Below, piece by piece: positions 10,920 through 20,706 of a stretch of DNA of 64,000 bases. Where the stretch lies: NCBI GenBank assembly GCA_013153715.1, contig JAADDW010000013.1, positions 28,765 to 92,764 of the forward strand, in the 5' to 3' direction. The stretch's first letter is position 1; each line of letters begins with the position of its first letter. The translations under genes were made by a program, and so were the position numbers. Under the pieces are notes generated by a model that saw nothing but the letters and a program-made list of their open reading frames with translations, made no database searches and was not told where the DNA came from. The stretch is from Campylobacterota bacterium (lineage in GTDB: Bacteria > Campylobacterota > Campylobacteria > Campylobacterales > Nitratiruptoraceae).

Positions 10920-11803
10920 CAGTAGGTCCTCTCGATGAGACTATCCATGATCTCCGCCAACCTTCCCCCCTCATCTCCCAGGGCCTCCAATCCTTCCCGG
11001 GCCAATCTCCGGGCCTCGGCCTTGGCCTGCTCAATACCTCCGCTGACCAGGAGCTGTCCCCTCAACCACTCCTCCTCCTCTCGGTTCAGGGGGCGGCCAT
11101 GCATAGATTTGAGCCGCTCCCTCTCAGGTTCTGCCAACCAGTGGTAGAGATAGATGTAGGGGAGAGTACTCTTTCCCTCCCTAAAATCGCTCATGGCAGG
11201 TTTCCCGAGGGTACTGCTATCCCCCGTAATGTCCAGGAGGTCATCGACAATCTGGAAGGCTATACCGAGATTTCTCCCGTAAATTCCGTAGCTCTCAGGG
11301 TCCTTGCCGGCCAGCCAGGCGGCAGAGCGGGCACTGGCCTCAATGAGGGAGGCCGTCTTCTTATAGACCATATCGAGGTAGAGCTCCTTGTCGGGGTTGA
11401 ATTCCCGGGAGAGCTCTACATCCAGGAGCTCCCCGACACTGAGGAGGGTGACAGCGTTGGAGATGATCTCTGGAATGGGGAGGGGGAGGTGGACCAGCTG
11501 GGAGAAGGCCTTGGAATAGAGAATATCGCCGAGCATAATGGCGCTCCTGTTACCGTAGAGAGAGTTGATGGAGGGAGCACCCCGTCTCAGCTCAGCTCCG
11601 TCGATCACATCGTCGTGGAGGAGGCTGGCCAGGTGGATCATCTCCACAATGGCCGCCAAATCCACAGCTTCAGGGGCGATGGCCAAGATCAGCTTGGAGC
11701 GGAGCATCTTCCCGGCCGGAAGGTGGTTGGCCAACTCCACCACCCGCTCCTCTCCAATCTCCTCAATGGAGGAGCGCACTCTCTGCTCTACCGCTTCTAC
11801 CAT
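10919..11803 (-). CDS. ispB: Polyprenyl (octaprenyl-type) diphosphate synthase (294 aa)
   Basis: Two DDxxD motifs (LLHDDVIDG and FQIVDDLLD). Start taken at ATG 11803 (MVEAVEQ), because the longer track ORF would overlap the upstream 92-aa gene. Confidence 0.88.
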   Translation of the reverse strand: MVEAVEQRVRSSIEEIGEERVVELANHLPAGKMLRSKLILAIAPEAVDLAAIVEMIHLASLLHDDVIDGAELRRGAPSINSLYGNRSAIMLGDILYSKAFSQLVHLPLPIPEIISNAVTLLSVGELLDVELSREFNPDKELYLDMVYKKTASLIEASARSAAWLAGKDPESYGIYGRNLGIAFQIVDDLLDITGDSSTLGKPAMSDFREGKSTLPYIYLYHWLAEPERERLKSMHGRPLNREEEEWLRGQLLVSGGIEQAKAEARRLAREGLEALGDEGGRLAEIMDSLIERTY

Positions 11804-11807
11804 ACCC

Positions 11808-12086
11808 CTACTCGCTCTTGGAGAGGATCTGCCCCATATACTCGATGTAGAGGGAGTGGATCCGGTTCTCCAACTCCTTCCGCCTCTCCTCATTGTGGAG
11901 GAGTCTCTCCACCTCCCGTTCCACATCTATACCGCACCGCTCTTCGGCAATGATCTCCAGGGCGGCCAGCCACTCCACCATCTTCTCCAGCTCCCCTTCC
12001 ACCACATTGCGGTTGGCGTGGAAAATGGTATCGAAAAATCTGCTCCTGGGACTCCCTCCGAGAAAATCGTCATCTTCAAAATACAT
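11808..12086 (-). CDS. Small conserved protein, HP0242/DUF2018-like (92 aa)
   Basis: Strong RBS (AAAAAGGAGAGGCT then ATG). The segment GSPRSRFFDTIFHANRNVVEGELEKMVEWLAALE resembles my recollection of the H. pylori knotted protein HP0242. It occupies the same position upstream of ispB. Confidence 0.6.
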   Translation of the reverse strand: MYFEDDDFLGGSPRSRFFDTIFHANRNVVEGELEKMVEWLAALEIIAEERCGIDVEREVERLLHNEERRKELENRIHSLYIEYMGQILSKSE

Positions 12087-12115
12087 AGCCTCTCCTTTTT
12101 TGTTTTAAAAGTATA

Positions 12116-15100
12116 TCATTTTCTCTTGAGGGCCACATAGAGGAGGGGAACAATGAAGAGGTTGATGAGGGTGGCCCAGCCAATCCCAAATCCGAGGGTG
12201 ACAGCCATAGGTTGGAGAATGAGACTCTGACCGCTGGCAAAGAAGATGAGGGTGGAGAGGCCGAGAATTGTGGTTATGGAGGTGAGGAGGATCGGTCTGA
12301 CCCGGAGCTTGGCCCGCTCCACAACCTCCCTCCTGTTCCGGGCCCGCCTGATAAAATCGACCATGATGAGTCCATCATTGACGACGACCCCTGCCAGCCC
12401 CACCACCCCCAACATTCCGGGCATCGTGATATGGAGCCCCATAATCTTATTTCCCAAGAGGACACCGAAGAGGGAGAGGGGGATGACCGAGAGGACTATG
12501 AGGGAGTCGAGGAGAGAGTTGAACATGAGGACCAGAGAGGCGAAGATGAGGAAGAGGGCTATCGTGAAGGCTCGGGAGATCTCCCTTATCAGTTTTCGGT
12601 TCTCCCGCTCCTCCCCCTTGATCTTCACCCCTATCCCCATGGCACGGACCCTCTCCAGAACGGGGGCGATCTGCTGGTAGAACTCCCTCGATGTGAGCCG
12701 CCTCTTGTCCAGGGAGCCGTAGATCGTTCTGATCTTCTCCCCATTCTCCTTGATGATCTCGTGGAAGTGGTGGAGAATATGGAGATCGGCGACCTGGGAG
12801 AGGGGGACGGTCCCACTTCTGTCCGGAAGATCGATTCGGAGCCCCTTGAACCTCTGGAAATCATCTCTCTCCCGATCCTGGATGCGGATGTAGAGGAGCT
12901 CTCCCCCCTTGAACATCTTTCCAAACTCGGCGTCGAGATAGAGGGGCTTCAGATAGGTAGCCAGATAGCCCTCCGTTATTCCAAGGCTCTCTCCATACCG
13001 ATTGATAAATAACTTCACCTCCCTCTCCCCTTCCCGGGCGTCGTCGGTAATATTGGAGACTCCCTGGATCCTCTCCATCGCCTCTTCAACCATCTTGATA
13101 GCCTCTAAAACTCTCTCTTCATCTCTATAGATCAGGGAGATCTCTATATCGCTCTTCACAATCCCGGCCTGGGGAACGATGACGGCGATCTCCTGGAAGG
13201 GGGGTTTCCGGAAGGGAGCTACCACCCTCTCAATATCCCTGGCTATCTCAGCCGCCCTTCGGGAACGGACCATATCACTCCCATCATACTCGATGGAGAA
13301 GAGGGGGGTGATGTAGCGGTCAACGAAGTTCTCCGGCTTCGGCTCGTGGAGGTTGATGAAGATGTGGAAGTTGTTGGGAGAGATGTCGGCGTTGTTCTTG
13401 GCATCCATCTTCATACCGACAATAGCCGTTATCGACTTGACCTCATCGGGACGGACACTCTTCAAGAGGGCCTCCTCCACCCTCTCCACAAGCCTTTGGG
13501 TCTCCTCGATCTTGCTGTTGACATCGACCCTCCCGGCAATGTAGATCTGGGTCGTATCGAAGGAGGGGAAGAGCTGAAATTTACTCTCCCGGGCCAAGAG
13601 GAGGGTCCCCACAACTATCCCCCCGACCAGGAGGAGACTCCAGAGGCGGGGGGCTCTGAGGAGGAGGCTCAGGAACCATCCGTAGGCTCCGGCCACCCTC
13701 TGCCAGATGGCCCTCCCCCTCTCCCCTCCCTTGGCTACCCGGAGGAGGTCCTTGGCGTGGAGGGGGAGGAAGTAGAAGGCCTCGAAGAGGGAGCTGAGGA
13801 GGAGGATGGAGATGACAATGGGGAGGATCCGGATGAAGGAGCCCATCTCCCCGCTGATAATGATGAGGGGGAGGAAGGCGAAGATCGTTGTGGCCGTGGC
13901 TGTGAGAACGGCCGGAAACATCTCGGCGGCCCCGTTGATGGCGGCACTCTTGGGGTCCTCTCCCATCTCCAGATGGCGGTAGATATTCTCCGCCACCACA
14001 ATGGCCTCATCCACCAACATACCGAGGGCGATGAGGGCCCCGAAGAGGGAGAGCATATTGAGGCTGTACCCCAGAACCTCCAAGGAGATGAGCCCCACCA
14101 TGAAGCTCACCGGTATCCCCATACCGACAACCAGGGCGATACGCCAATCCACTGTCAGGAGGAGGGCGGTGAAGACCAGAATGAGGCCAAAGAAGAGGTT
14201 ACTGGTCACCGTGTTGAGTCTGTTCCTGATCCAGACGGAGGTATCGGTATAGATTTTGAAGGTATAGCCCGGATACCGCTCCTCGTAGTCCGCCAAGAGC
14301 TCCTTGATCTGGCGGACCAACTCGATGGCGTTTCCCTCCTTGGTCTTGGTCACATTGAGGGAGAGAGTCGGTCTCCCATTGAAGTGGGAGAGGGTCTCGG
14401 GTCGGGAGAGTGTGAAATGGACAGAGGCTATCTCCCCGAGTCTCACCGAGTTCCCCCCGATCTTCAGAACGGTATCGGCAATCTCCTCCTCCCTCTTCCG
14501 TCCATTCTGGGTGGTGATGAAGAGGTGGTTTCCCCTCTCCTCTATGGAGCCGATAGGGAAGATGGTGGAGATCTGTTTCACCGCCTCAACCACATCGAGG
14601 AGGTGGAGACCGTAGGCCTCGATCCTCCCCTTGTCCAACTCTATCTCCAGCTCCTCCTCCCTGTATCCCCGGATATCGACGGAGCTCAACTCCCCCATAT
14701 CGAGGAGCTCCCTCTTCAACTGCTGGGCCAGCTCTAGGAGTTTGAGCTCCTCCCTCTCCCCCCCCTCTCCCTGGCCGGCAATGGCGATGAGGACCAGGGG
14801 AAAGGACCTTTTGAGGAGGGTGGCGACAGGTTCATCCATATCGGCCGGGAGATCCTTCCGAATCAAGCTGATCCTATCCTTTACATCGTTGAGGACCAGG
14901 AGGGGTTCCGCCCCTTCCCGTACATCGGCGACAATGGTGAAACGGCCATTCTTGATGATGGCATCTATATCTCCGAGATCTTCAATCCCTTTGAGCCCAT
15001 CCTCCAGGTTGGAGACCACCATCTGGTCCAGCGTCTGGGCGCTGGCCCCAGGGTATCCCCCCCTGATGAGGATCTTATTCAGCTCTACAGGTGGGAAGAT

Positions 15101-15211
15101 CTCCTTGGGAACACTCTGGTAGGCGAAGATAGAAAGAATGAGGGTGAGGAGGAGGAGTGTGTGGTTGAGTGCACTCTTCTCTATTGCAAATTCTAGGAAT
15201 TTCCGGATCAT
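12116..15211 (-). CDS. RND-family (AcrB/AcrD/AcrF-like) efflux transporter, inner membrane subunit
   Basis: 1031 aa with an AcrB-like N-terminus (MIRKFLEFAIEKSALNHTLLL). Two large extramembrane loops alternate with two blocks of TM helices. Confidence 0.92.
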   Translation of the reverse strand: MIRKFLEFAIEKSALNHTLLLLTLILSIFAYQSVPKEIFPPVELNKILIRGGYPGASAQTLDQMVVSNLEDGLKGIEDLGDIDAIIKNGRFTIVADVREGAEPLLVLNDVKDRISLIRKDLPADMDEPVATLLKRSFPLVLIAIAGQGEGGEREELKLLELAQQLKRELLDMGELSSVDIRGYREEELEIELDKGRIEAYGLHLLDVVEAVKQISTIFPIGSIEERGNHLFITTQNGRKREEEIADTVLKIGGNSVRLGEIASVHFTLSRPETLSHFNGRPTLSLNVTKTKEGNAIELVRQIKELLADYEERYPGYTFKIYTDTSVWIRNRLNTVTSNLFFGLILVFTALLLTVDWRIALVVGMGIPVSFMVGLISLEVLGYSLNMLSLFGALIALGMLVDEAIVVAENIYRHLEMGEDPKSAAINGAAEMFPAVLTATATTIFAFLPLIIISGEMGSFIRILPIVISILLLSSLFEAFYFLPLHAKDLLRVAKGGERGRAIWQRVAGAYGWFLSLLLRAPRLWSLLLVGGIVVGTLLLARESKFQLFPSFDTTQIYIAGRVDVNSKIEETQRLVERVEEALLKSVRPDEVKSITAIVGMKMDAKNNADISPNNFHIFINLHEPKPENFVDRYITPLFSIEYDGSDMVRSRRAAEIARDIERVVAPFRKPPFQEIAVIVPQAGIVKSDIEISLIYRDEERVLEAIKMVEEAMERIQGVSNITDDAREGEREVKLFINRYGESLGITEGYLATYLKPLYLDAEFGKMFKGGELLYIRIQDRERDDFQRFKGLRIDLPDRSGTVPLSQVADLHILHHFHEIIKENGEKIRTIYGSLDKRRLTSREFYQQIAPVLERVRAMGIGVKIKGEERENRKLIREISRAFTIALFLIFASLVLMFNSLLDSLIVLSVIPLSLFGVLLGNKIMGLHITMPGMLGVVGLAGVVVNDGLIMVDFIRRARNRREVVERAKLRVRPILLTSITTILGLSTLIFFASGQSLILQPMAVTLGFGIGWATLINLFIVPLLYVALKRK

Positions 15212-15263
15212 TACCCCTCTTTGACCTGCCTCCCCGGAGGGGGCAAGCCTCTTTGCTCATGGT

Positions 15264-15272
15264 ATTGTAGCA
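15264..15272 (-). promoter_or_regulatory. Putative extended -10 promoter (TGCTACAAT) for the RND pump gene
   Basis: The minus strand reads TGTGCTACAAT 53 nt upstream of ATG 15211, with AAGAGGGG as RBS. Confidence 0.4.
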
Positions 15273-15290
15273 CATTGTGGGATCGAGGGG

Positions 15291-15575
15291 CTAGAAGATC
15301 GTATCGAGGACCTGGTTCTTGAACCTCTGCTGTTCCAATCTCTGTTTCAGGAGGCGGTTCTCCTCCCGCAGAATCTCATACTGGTCAAGGAGTTTATTGA
15401 TTTTTCGGCTGGTATAGTAGATCTCATTGGCAAGGTAAACCTTCGGAAGGAATAGAGCGAGTATGACGGCCACTATCAGCGTCACCAACAGAAGCTCTCG
15501 AAATCCAATTTTCTGTCTGCTCTCCTCATACTCACGGTAGGCTTCTAATAGCTCCTCTCTATCGGCTCTTCTCAT
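15291..15575 (-). CDS. Small bitopic membrane protein, FtsL-like by position
   Basis: 94 aa with one TM helix (LLLVTLIVAVILALFL) followed by a coiled coil. It overlaps the 3' end of rsmH by 17 nt, the usual position of ftsL after rsmH/mraW. Confidence 0.55.
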   Translation of the reverse strand: MRRADREELLEAYREYEESRQKIGFRELLLVTLIVAVILALFLPKVYLANEIYYTSRKINKLLDQYEILREENRLLKQRLEQQRFKNQVLDTIF

Positions 15576-16485
15576 GACTCTCCTTGAATTGGAATAGGCG
15601 TAGCTTGGCGCTTCGGCTCCGGGGGTTGCGGCGAACCTCCTCTTGGGAAGCGGTGATTGGCTTTTTTACTATTATCGACCCTAATGCGTGATTTTTTCCA
15701 CATTCGCATCTAAAATTTTCATCGGGACAGATACAGTTTCGGGCCCACCGCTTGAAATACCCCTTCACTATCCGATCCTCAAGGGAGTGGAAGGTGATGA
15801 TGGCCACCTTCGCCCCCTCAGGTCGGAAGCGCTCCAAGCTCTCCAACAGCCTTTCCAATTCACCTAACTCCTGATTCACCTCTATACGGATACCCTGGAA
15901 TACCTGTGTGGCAGGATGGATCTTTCCCCTCCTTGGAATGATGCTCTCTACAATTGCCGCAAGCTCCTTGCCGCTCCTGATGGGGCGGCGCCTCACAATC
16001 TCATAGGCCACCCTCCTATACTCCCTCACCTCCCCATACTCCCTGAGAACCCTCTCCAACTCCTTGAGATCGTACCTATTGACAACATCTGCCGCTGTGA
16101 GAGGGGCACTCTGGTCCATACGCATATCGAGGAGATCGCTCTCGAAACTGAAACCCCTCTCCAGCTTGTCGAGCTGGAGACTGGAGACCCCTATATCTGC
16201 CAGAACCCCTCTGATGGGATAGTTCTCCAGGAGCTGGGGGAGAATCTGGCTGAATCTCCCGTGGAAGAGTTTCACCCTCTCGCCGAAGGGGGCCAATCTC
16301 TTCCGGGAGAAGTCGAGGGCTTCCCTATCCCTATCGATCCCGAGAATCTTGATTTGGGGGTTGCTCTGGAGGAGGGCCTCGCTGTGGCCCCCAAAACCGA
16401 GGGTAGCATCGACAATATAACCATCGCTCTCCTTGAAAGTGTTGACAACAGCCTCTTTGAGGACGGGAATGTGTGGTCTTTCCAA
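15559..16485 (-). CDS. rsmH: 16S rRNA (cytosine1402-N4)-methyltransferase
   Basis: N-terminus HIPVLKEAV, with DATLGFGGHS SAM motif and FHSLEDR. TTG start at 16485. Confidence 0.93.
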   Translation of the reverse strand: MERPHIPVLKEAVVNTFKESDGYIVDATLGFGGHSEALLQSNPQIKILGIDRDREALDFSRKRLAPFGERVKLFHGRFSQILPQLLENYPIRGVLADIGVSSLQLDKLERGFSFESDLLDMRMDQSAPLTAADVVNRYDLKELERVLREYGEVREYRRVAYEIVRRRPIRSGKELAAIVESIIPRRGKIHPATQVFQGIRIEVNQELGELERLLESLERFRPEGAKVAIITFHSLEDRIVKGYFKRWARNCICPDENFRCECGKNHALGSIIVKKPITASQEEVRRNPRSRSAKLRLFQFKESHEKSR

Positions 16486-16486
16486 A

Positions 16487-17782
16487 TTAAGCCTTCAGGG
16501 TGGAGATTGAGTCGAAAAGAGCCCCTATCACCTGGTCGATCTCCTCGAAGTTGATGATATAGGGCGGCATAAGATACACAACATTCCCTAAAGGTCGAAT
16601 AAAAACCCCCATTTTTAGGGCTTTTTGGTTGATTTGGAGCCCGATCCGTTTCGATATATCATACCCCCCCAACTCGATGGCGGCAATCATACCCCGCTGG
16701 CGGATGTCGGTGACATTGGGGAGCTCCCTGAAGGGCTCCAGCCTCTCCCAGATGTAGCGGCTCTTCTTCCTGTTCTCCTCCAGAACATTCTCCCTCTCGA
16801 AGATGTCCAAGGTGGCGTTGGCCGCCGCACAGGCTGTAGCGTTGCCCGTATAGCTGTGAGAGTGGAGGAAGGCCTTGAACTCCAGGTAGTCGCAGTAGAA
16901 GGCCCTATAGACCTCATCGGTTGTGAGGACCACCGAGAGGGGGAGGTACCCTCCCGTCAACCCTTTGGAGAGGCAGATGAAATCCGGCTTGATCCCCGCC
17001 TGTTCATAGGCGAACATTGTCCCGGTCCTCCCGAAGCCGACAGCTATCTCATCGACAATGAAGAGGACCCCGTACTCTTCACAGAGCCTCTTGGCTTCAG
17101 AGAGATAGCGGGGGTGGTACATATGCATATACCCGGCACACTGGACCAGGGGCTCCACAATCATCGCCGAAATCTCCTCTCCCCTCTCCTCCAAGACCCT
17201 CTCCAGCTCCTGGACCGCCTCCAGGGCCCCCTCCTCGCTCCGATCCTTGGGGACAGGGACCTGGAGGGTCTCTATCATGATCTCCCTGTAGGTCTCCTTG
17301 TAGAGCTCCACATCTCCCACAGCCAGGGCCCCCAAGGTCTCGCCGTGGTAGCTGTTGGTCAGGGAGAGGAAGTAGGGGCGGACCTCTCCCCTGTTCTTAT
17401 GGTAGTGGAAGGCCATCTTCAGAGCCACCTCCACAGCACTACTCCCATTGTCGGCATAGAAGGCTTTATCCATAGAGGTCAGGGAGCAGAGCCGCTCGGT
17501 CAGGACCACTATCTGTTCATGGGTGAAACCGGCGAAGATGAGGTGTTCCACCTGCTCCAACTGCTCCCGAATCTTCCTGTTGATGTAGGGGTTGGAGTGG
17601 CCGAAGAGGTTGACCCACCAACTACTGATAGCGTCGATATACCTATTTCCGTCATAATCGTAGAGATAGACTCCCTTGGCCCTCTTGATGGGGATGATGG
17701 GAATGGTCTCATGGTCCTTCATCTGGGTACAGGGGTGCCAGATATGGGCAAGGTCTCTCTGCATCAACTCTTGATTGGTCAT
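16487..17782 (-). CDS. bioA: Adenosylmethionine-8-amino-7-oxononanoate aminotransferase
   Basis: Class III aminotransferase with HIWHPCTQMKDH, FIVDEIAVGFGRTG and the PLP-lysine region LSKGLTGG. Confidence 0.93.
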   Translation of the reverse strand: MTNQELMQRDLAHIWHPCTQMKDHETIPIIPIKRAKGVYLYDYDGNRYIDAISSWWVNLFGHSNPYINRKIREQLEQVEHLIFAGFTHEQIVVLTERLCSLTSMDKAFYADNGSSAVEVALKMAFHYHKNRGEVRPYFLSLTNSYHGETLGALAVGDVELYKETYREIMIETLQVPVPKDRSEEGALEAVQELERVLEERGEEISAMIVEPLVQCAGYMHMYHPRYLSEAKRLCEEYGVLFIVDEIAVGFGRTGTMFAYEQAGIKPDFICLSKGLTGGYLPLSVVLTTDEVYRAFYCDYLEFKAFLHSHSYTGNATACAAANATLDIFERENVLEENRKKSRYIWERLEPFRELPNVTDIRQRGMIAAIELGGYDISKRIGLQINQKALKMGVFIRPLGNVVYLMPPYIINFEEIDQVIGALFDSISTLKA

Positions 17783-17862
17783 TGTAAAGTCCTTTTTTAT
17801 GGGGAATTAATAAGAGATTAACTACAATAGCGGAGCAACCATTATTATACAAAAGGTTCCCG

Positions 17863-19338
17863 ATGATAAGCTGGATGCAGAAGCATAAAAAGTATCTCGT
17901 CATAACCATCTGGATCAGTACCATCGCCTTTGTCGGAGCCGGATTTGTCGGGTGGGGAGCCTACAAATTCGGAACGGGGGCCAGTGCTGTCGCCGAAGTG
18001 GGGGATCGGGCCATTACGGTGAGGGAGTTCCAGAGGAAGTACCAGGAGCTCTACAGCTACTACAACCGTATCATGGGGGGGAAGTTCGATCGGGAGATGG
18101 CCAAGAAGTACAGACTTGAGGAGCAGGCCCTCCAGACCCTCATCCAAGAGGCCCTCCTCGAAAATTTCGCCTCCGATCACGGCCTCATTGTGACGGAAGA
18201 GGAGGTGGCCAAGAGAATAGCCTCCATGGAGGCCTTTGCAGACAAGAAGGGGGAGTTTAGCAAGGAGATCTATCTGGAGGTCCTCCGAAATAACAGGATG
18301 AAGCCCAAGGATTTTGAAGAGGAGATAGAGAGAGAGATCCTCCTGGAAAAGGTTCTGGCCGCCCTCCAGCCCAAGCTCTTCGATCTGGAGTTCAATACAA
18401 CGGCGGCCTCCCTCTTCATCGGGGATAAGATAGAGTACAAACCCCTCGACGGGAGGAAGTTGGAGGTGGAGGTGAAGGAAGAGGAGCTGAAGAGCTACCA
18501 CGCCGCCCACAAGGGGAACTATCTCACACCTGCCCGATATAGAATTGCCCTGATTGAGGTGGAGGGAAAGGAGATCCCCATCGATGAGGGGGAGCTCAAG
18601 AGGTTCTACGAGAAGGAGAGAATCAAGTATAGCGACAATTCGGGTAAAATCCTCCCCTTTGAGGAGGCCCGTCCCCTTGTGGAGCGGGACCTCCGACTGA
18701 AACGGGCCAAGCGGGAAGCCCTCAAGAGATATGTGGCCCTGAAGAAGGGGGAGATCCAGCCTGAAAGGGAGCTGGTCATCGATGAGCAGAATAGCACCCT
18801 CCCTCCAGAGCTCCTGAAGAAGGTGGCAGAGGCGGCTCCCAACCAGACCCTGAAACCCATTAGGGATGGGGAGAGCTATCTTGTCGTCAAACTCCTCTCC
18901 AAAGAGCCCCCCAAACCCATGGAGTTCACAGAGGCACGCCCTCTAGTGGAAAGGGATCTCCGCCGGGAAAAACGGATCGAGAAGATGGAGGAGCTGGCCG
19001 AGAGACTCCTGAAGGAGGGGTTCCACGGGATCAAAACCGACTACATCTGCCGGGACGATGTGGATAAGTTGAAGGAGCTGGAGCCGGGAGAGGCGGCCCT
19101 CTTCCTCAAGGAGCTCTTCATCTCCCGGAAACCTACAGGAGCGATCCCCATCTCCCAGGAGAAGATGGTCCTCTATAAAATTCTGGATCAGAAACTGGTG
19201 GTGGAGGAGAAGGTTGAGAAGGGGAGGAGCCTCATTGCCGGAAATGGCCACAGGCTGAAGAGTGAGATCGAGAACCGAAACCTTCTGAACCTCCTCCAGC
19301 AACTCTATGAGATTAAAATCTACTACAAAGGATCCTGA
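17863..19338 (+). CDS. PpiD/SurA-N-like periplasmic chaperone (no obvious parvulin domain)
   Basis: N-terminus MISWMQKHKKYLVITIWISTIAFVGAGFVGWG is typical of PpiD. It sits directly upstream of ftsA-ftsZ, as I recall for C. jejuni Cj0694-0696. Confidence 0.75.
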   Translation: MISWMQKHKKYLVITIWISTIAFVGAGFVGWGAYKFGTGASAVAEVGDRAITVREFQRKYQELYSYYNRIMGGKFDREMAKKYRLEEQALQTLIQEALLENFASDHGLIVTEEEVAKRIASMEAFADKKGEFSKEIYLEVLRNNRMKPKDFEEEIEREILLEKVLAALQPKLFDLEFNTTAASLFIGDKIEYKPLDGRKLEVEVKEEELKSYHAAHKGNYLTPARYRIALIEVEGKEIPIDEGELKRFYEKERIKYSDNSGKILPFEEARPLVERDLRLKRAKREALKRYVALKKGEIQPERELVIDEQNSTLPPELLKKVAEAAPNQTLKPIRDGESYLVVKLLSKEPPKPMEFTEARPLVERDLRREKRIEKMEELAERLLKEGFHGIKTDYICRDDVDKLKELEPGEAALFLKELFISRKPTGAIPISQEKMVLYKILDQKLVVEEKVEKGRSLIAGNGHRLKSEIENRNLLNLLQQLYEIKIYYKGS

Positions 19339-20682
19339 TTGCCCCGCAATATCTTGGCTATTGACATCGGCTCGATCAAGGTATGCAGTGTCATAGCCCG
19401 TGTCGATGATGATGGAATCATTCAGGTTCTCGGCAGTGGTGTGAAGCGGTCCCAAGGGATACGGAGGGGCGGAATCACCAATATCGATCTGGCGGCCAAA
19501 TCCATCAGGGAATCCTACCAGACAGCCTGTCGGGTGGCGGGGACATCCCCTGACAGGGCCATTGTCTCCATATCGGGACCCCAGATCAAGGGGACATCCA
19601 GCGAGAGTATTGTCAATATTCCCAATAAGGAGATCTCCCTCAGCGAGATTAACAGAGCCCTCCAGACCGCCCACTACAACGCCAACATTCCCCACGACTA
19701 CGAGGTCCTCCACATCCTCCCCTACAAATTCAAGGTGGACGATCAGGACTTCATTGAGGATCCCCTCGGAATGACAGCCAACCGGTTGGAGGTAGATGTC
19801 TATATCGTCTCAGCTCCCAAATCCAGTATCTTCAACCTGAAGAAGGCGGTCAAACAGGCCGGAATAGAGGTGGAGAACATCGTTTTAGCGGGATATGCCT
19901 CCTCCCTAGCCGTCTTGAGAGATGAGGAGAAGGGGTTGGGAGCGGCAGTTATCGATATGGGGGGGAGCACCTGCGACCTTGTCATCCACAACTACAACTC
20001 CATTGTCGAGAATAAATTTCTCGGAGTCGGCTCTCTCCACATCACCAATGACCTCTCCATCGCCCTCCATACACCTCCCCAGAGTGCCGAAGAGATCAAA
20101 ATCCTCTACGGAGATCTCCGGGAACAGAAGAGCGACTTTATCGAGATCCCTGTCATGGGAGATTCGGGACAGACAGATCAGGTCTCCCTGGAGACAGTCT
20201 ATAATGTGATCTATGCCCGGGTAGAGGAGACCCTCATGATCTTGGCCAAACTCTTGGACGAGAGCCGCTGGAAGGATCAGCTGGGAGCGGGAGTCATCTT
20301 GACGGGAGGAATGAGCAAGCTGGGAGGCATTAAGGAGTTGGCGGGGGCCCTCTTCGACAACCTCCCCACCCGGGTGGGAAAACCGAAAGCCCTCGACGGC
20401 TTCTTCGACGAACTCAACGACCCCATGTTCTCTACCGTCGTCGGACTTGTCCTCTATGGAGCCGCCCAGCACACCCTCTATGAAATTGACTGCAATAAGA
20501 GGTTGAGGACTAAAAAGAGTATAAATTTCTCCGATAATGAAGAAAATAGGGAAGAACTCCCGGAACCGGATAAGAAGTTGGAGAGACTGGAGAAACTCAG
20601 TCTGATGGAGGAGGAGAAGGAGAGCGAACAGCTCACCAAAAAGGTATCCAAACTGACCAGATGGCTCACACAGCTCTTTTAA
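19339..20682 (+). CDS. ftsA: Cell division protein FtsA
   Basis: TTG start immediately after the ppiD-like stop. Actin-fold motifs are present (LAIDIGSIKVCSV and VIDMGGSTCDLV). Confidence 0.93.
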   Translation: MPRNILAIDIGSIKVCSVIARVDDDGIIQVLGSGVKRSQGIRRGGITNIDLAAKSIRESYQTACRVAGTSPDRAIVSISGPQIKGTSSESIVNIPNKEISLSEINRALQTAHYNANIPHDYEVLHILPYKFKVDDQDFIEDPLGMTANRLEVDVYIVSAPKSSIFNLKKAVKQAGIEVENIVLAGYASSLAVLRDEEKGLGAAVIDMGGSTCDLVIHNYNSIVENKFLGVGSLHITNDLSIALHTPPQSAEEIKILYGDLREQKSDFIEIPVMGDSGQTDQVSLETVYNVIYARVEETLMILAKLLDESRWKDQLGAGVILTGGMSKLGGIKELAGALFDNLPTRVGKPKALDGFFDELNDPMFSTVVGLVLYGAAQHTLYEIDCNKRLRTKKSINFSDNEENREELPEPDKKLERLEKLSLMEEEKESEQLTKKVSKLTRWLTQLF

Positions 20683-20706
20683 CCTATCACAGAGGAAGGA
20701 TGCGAG

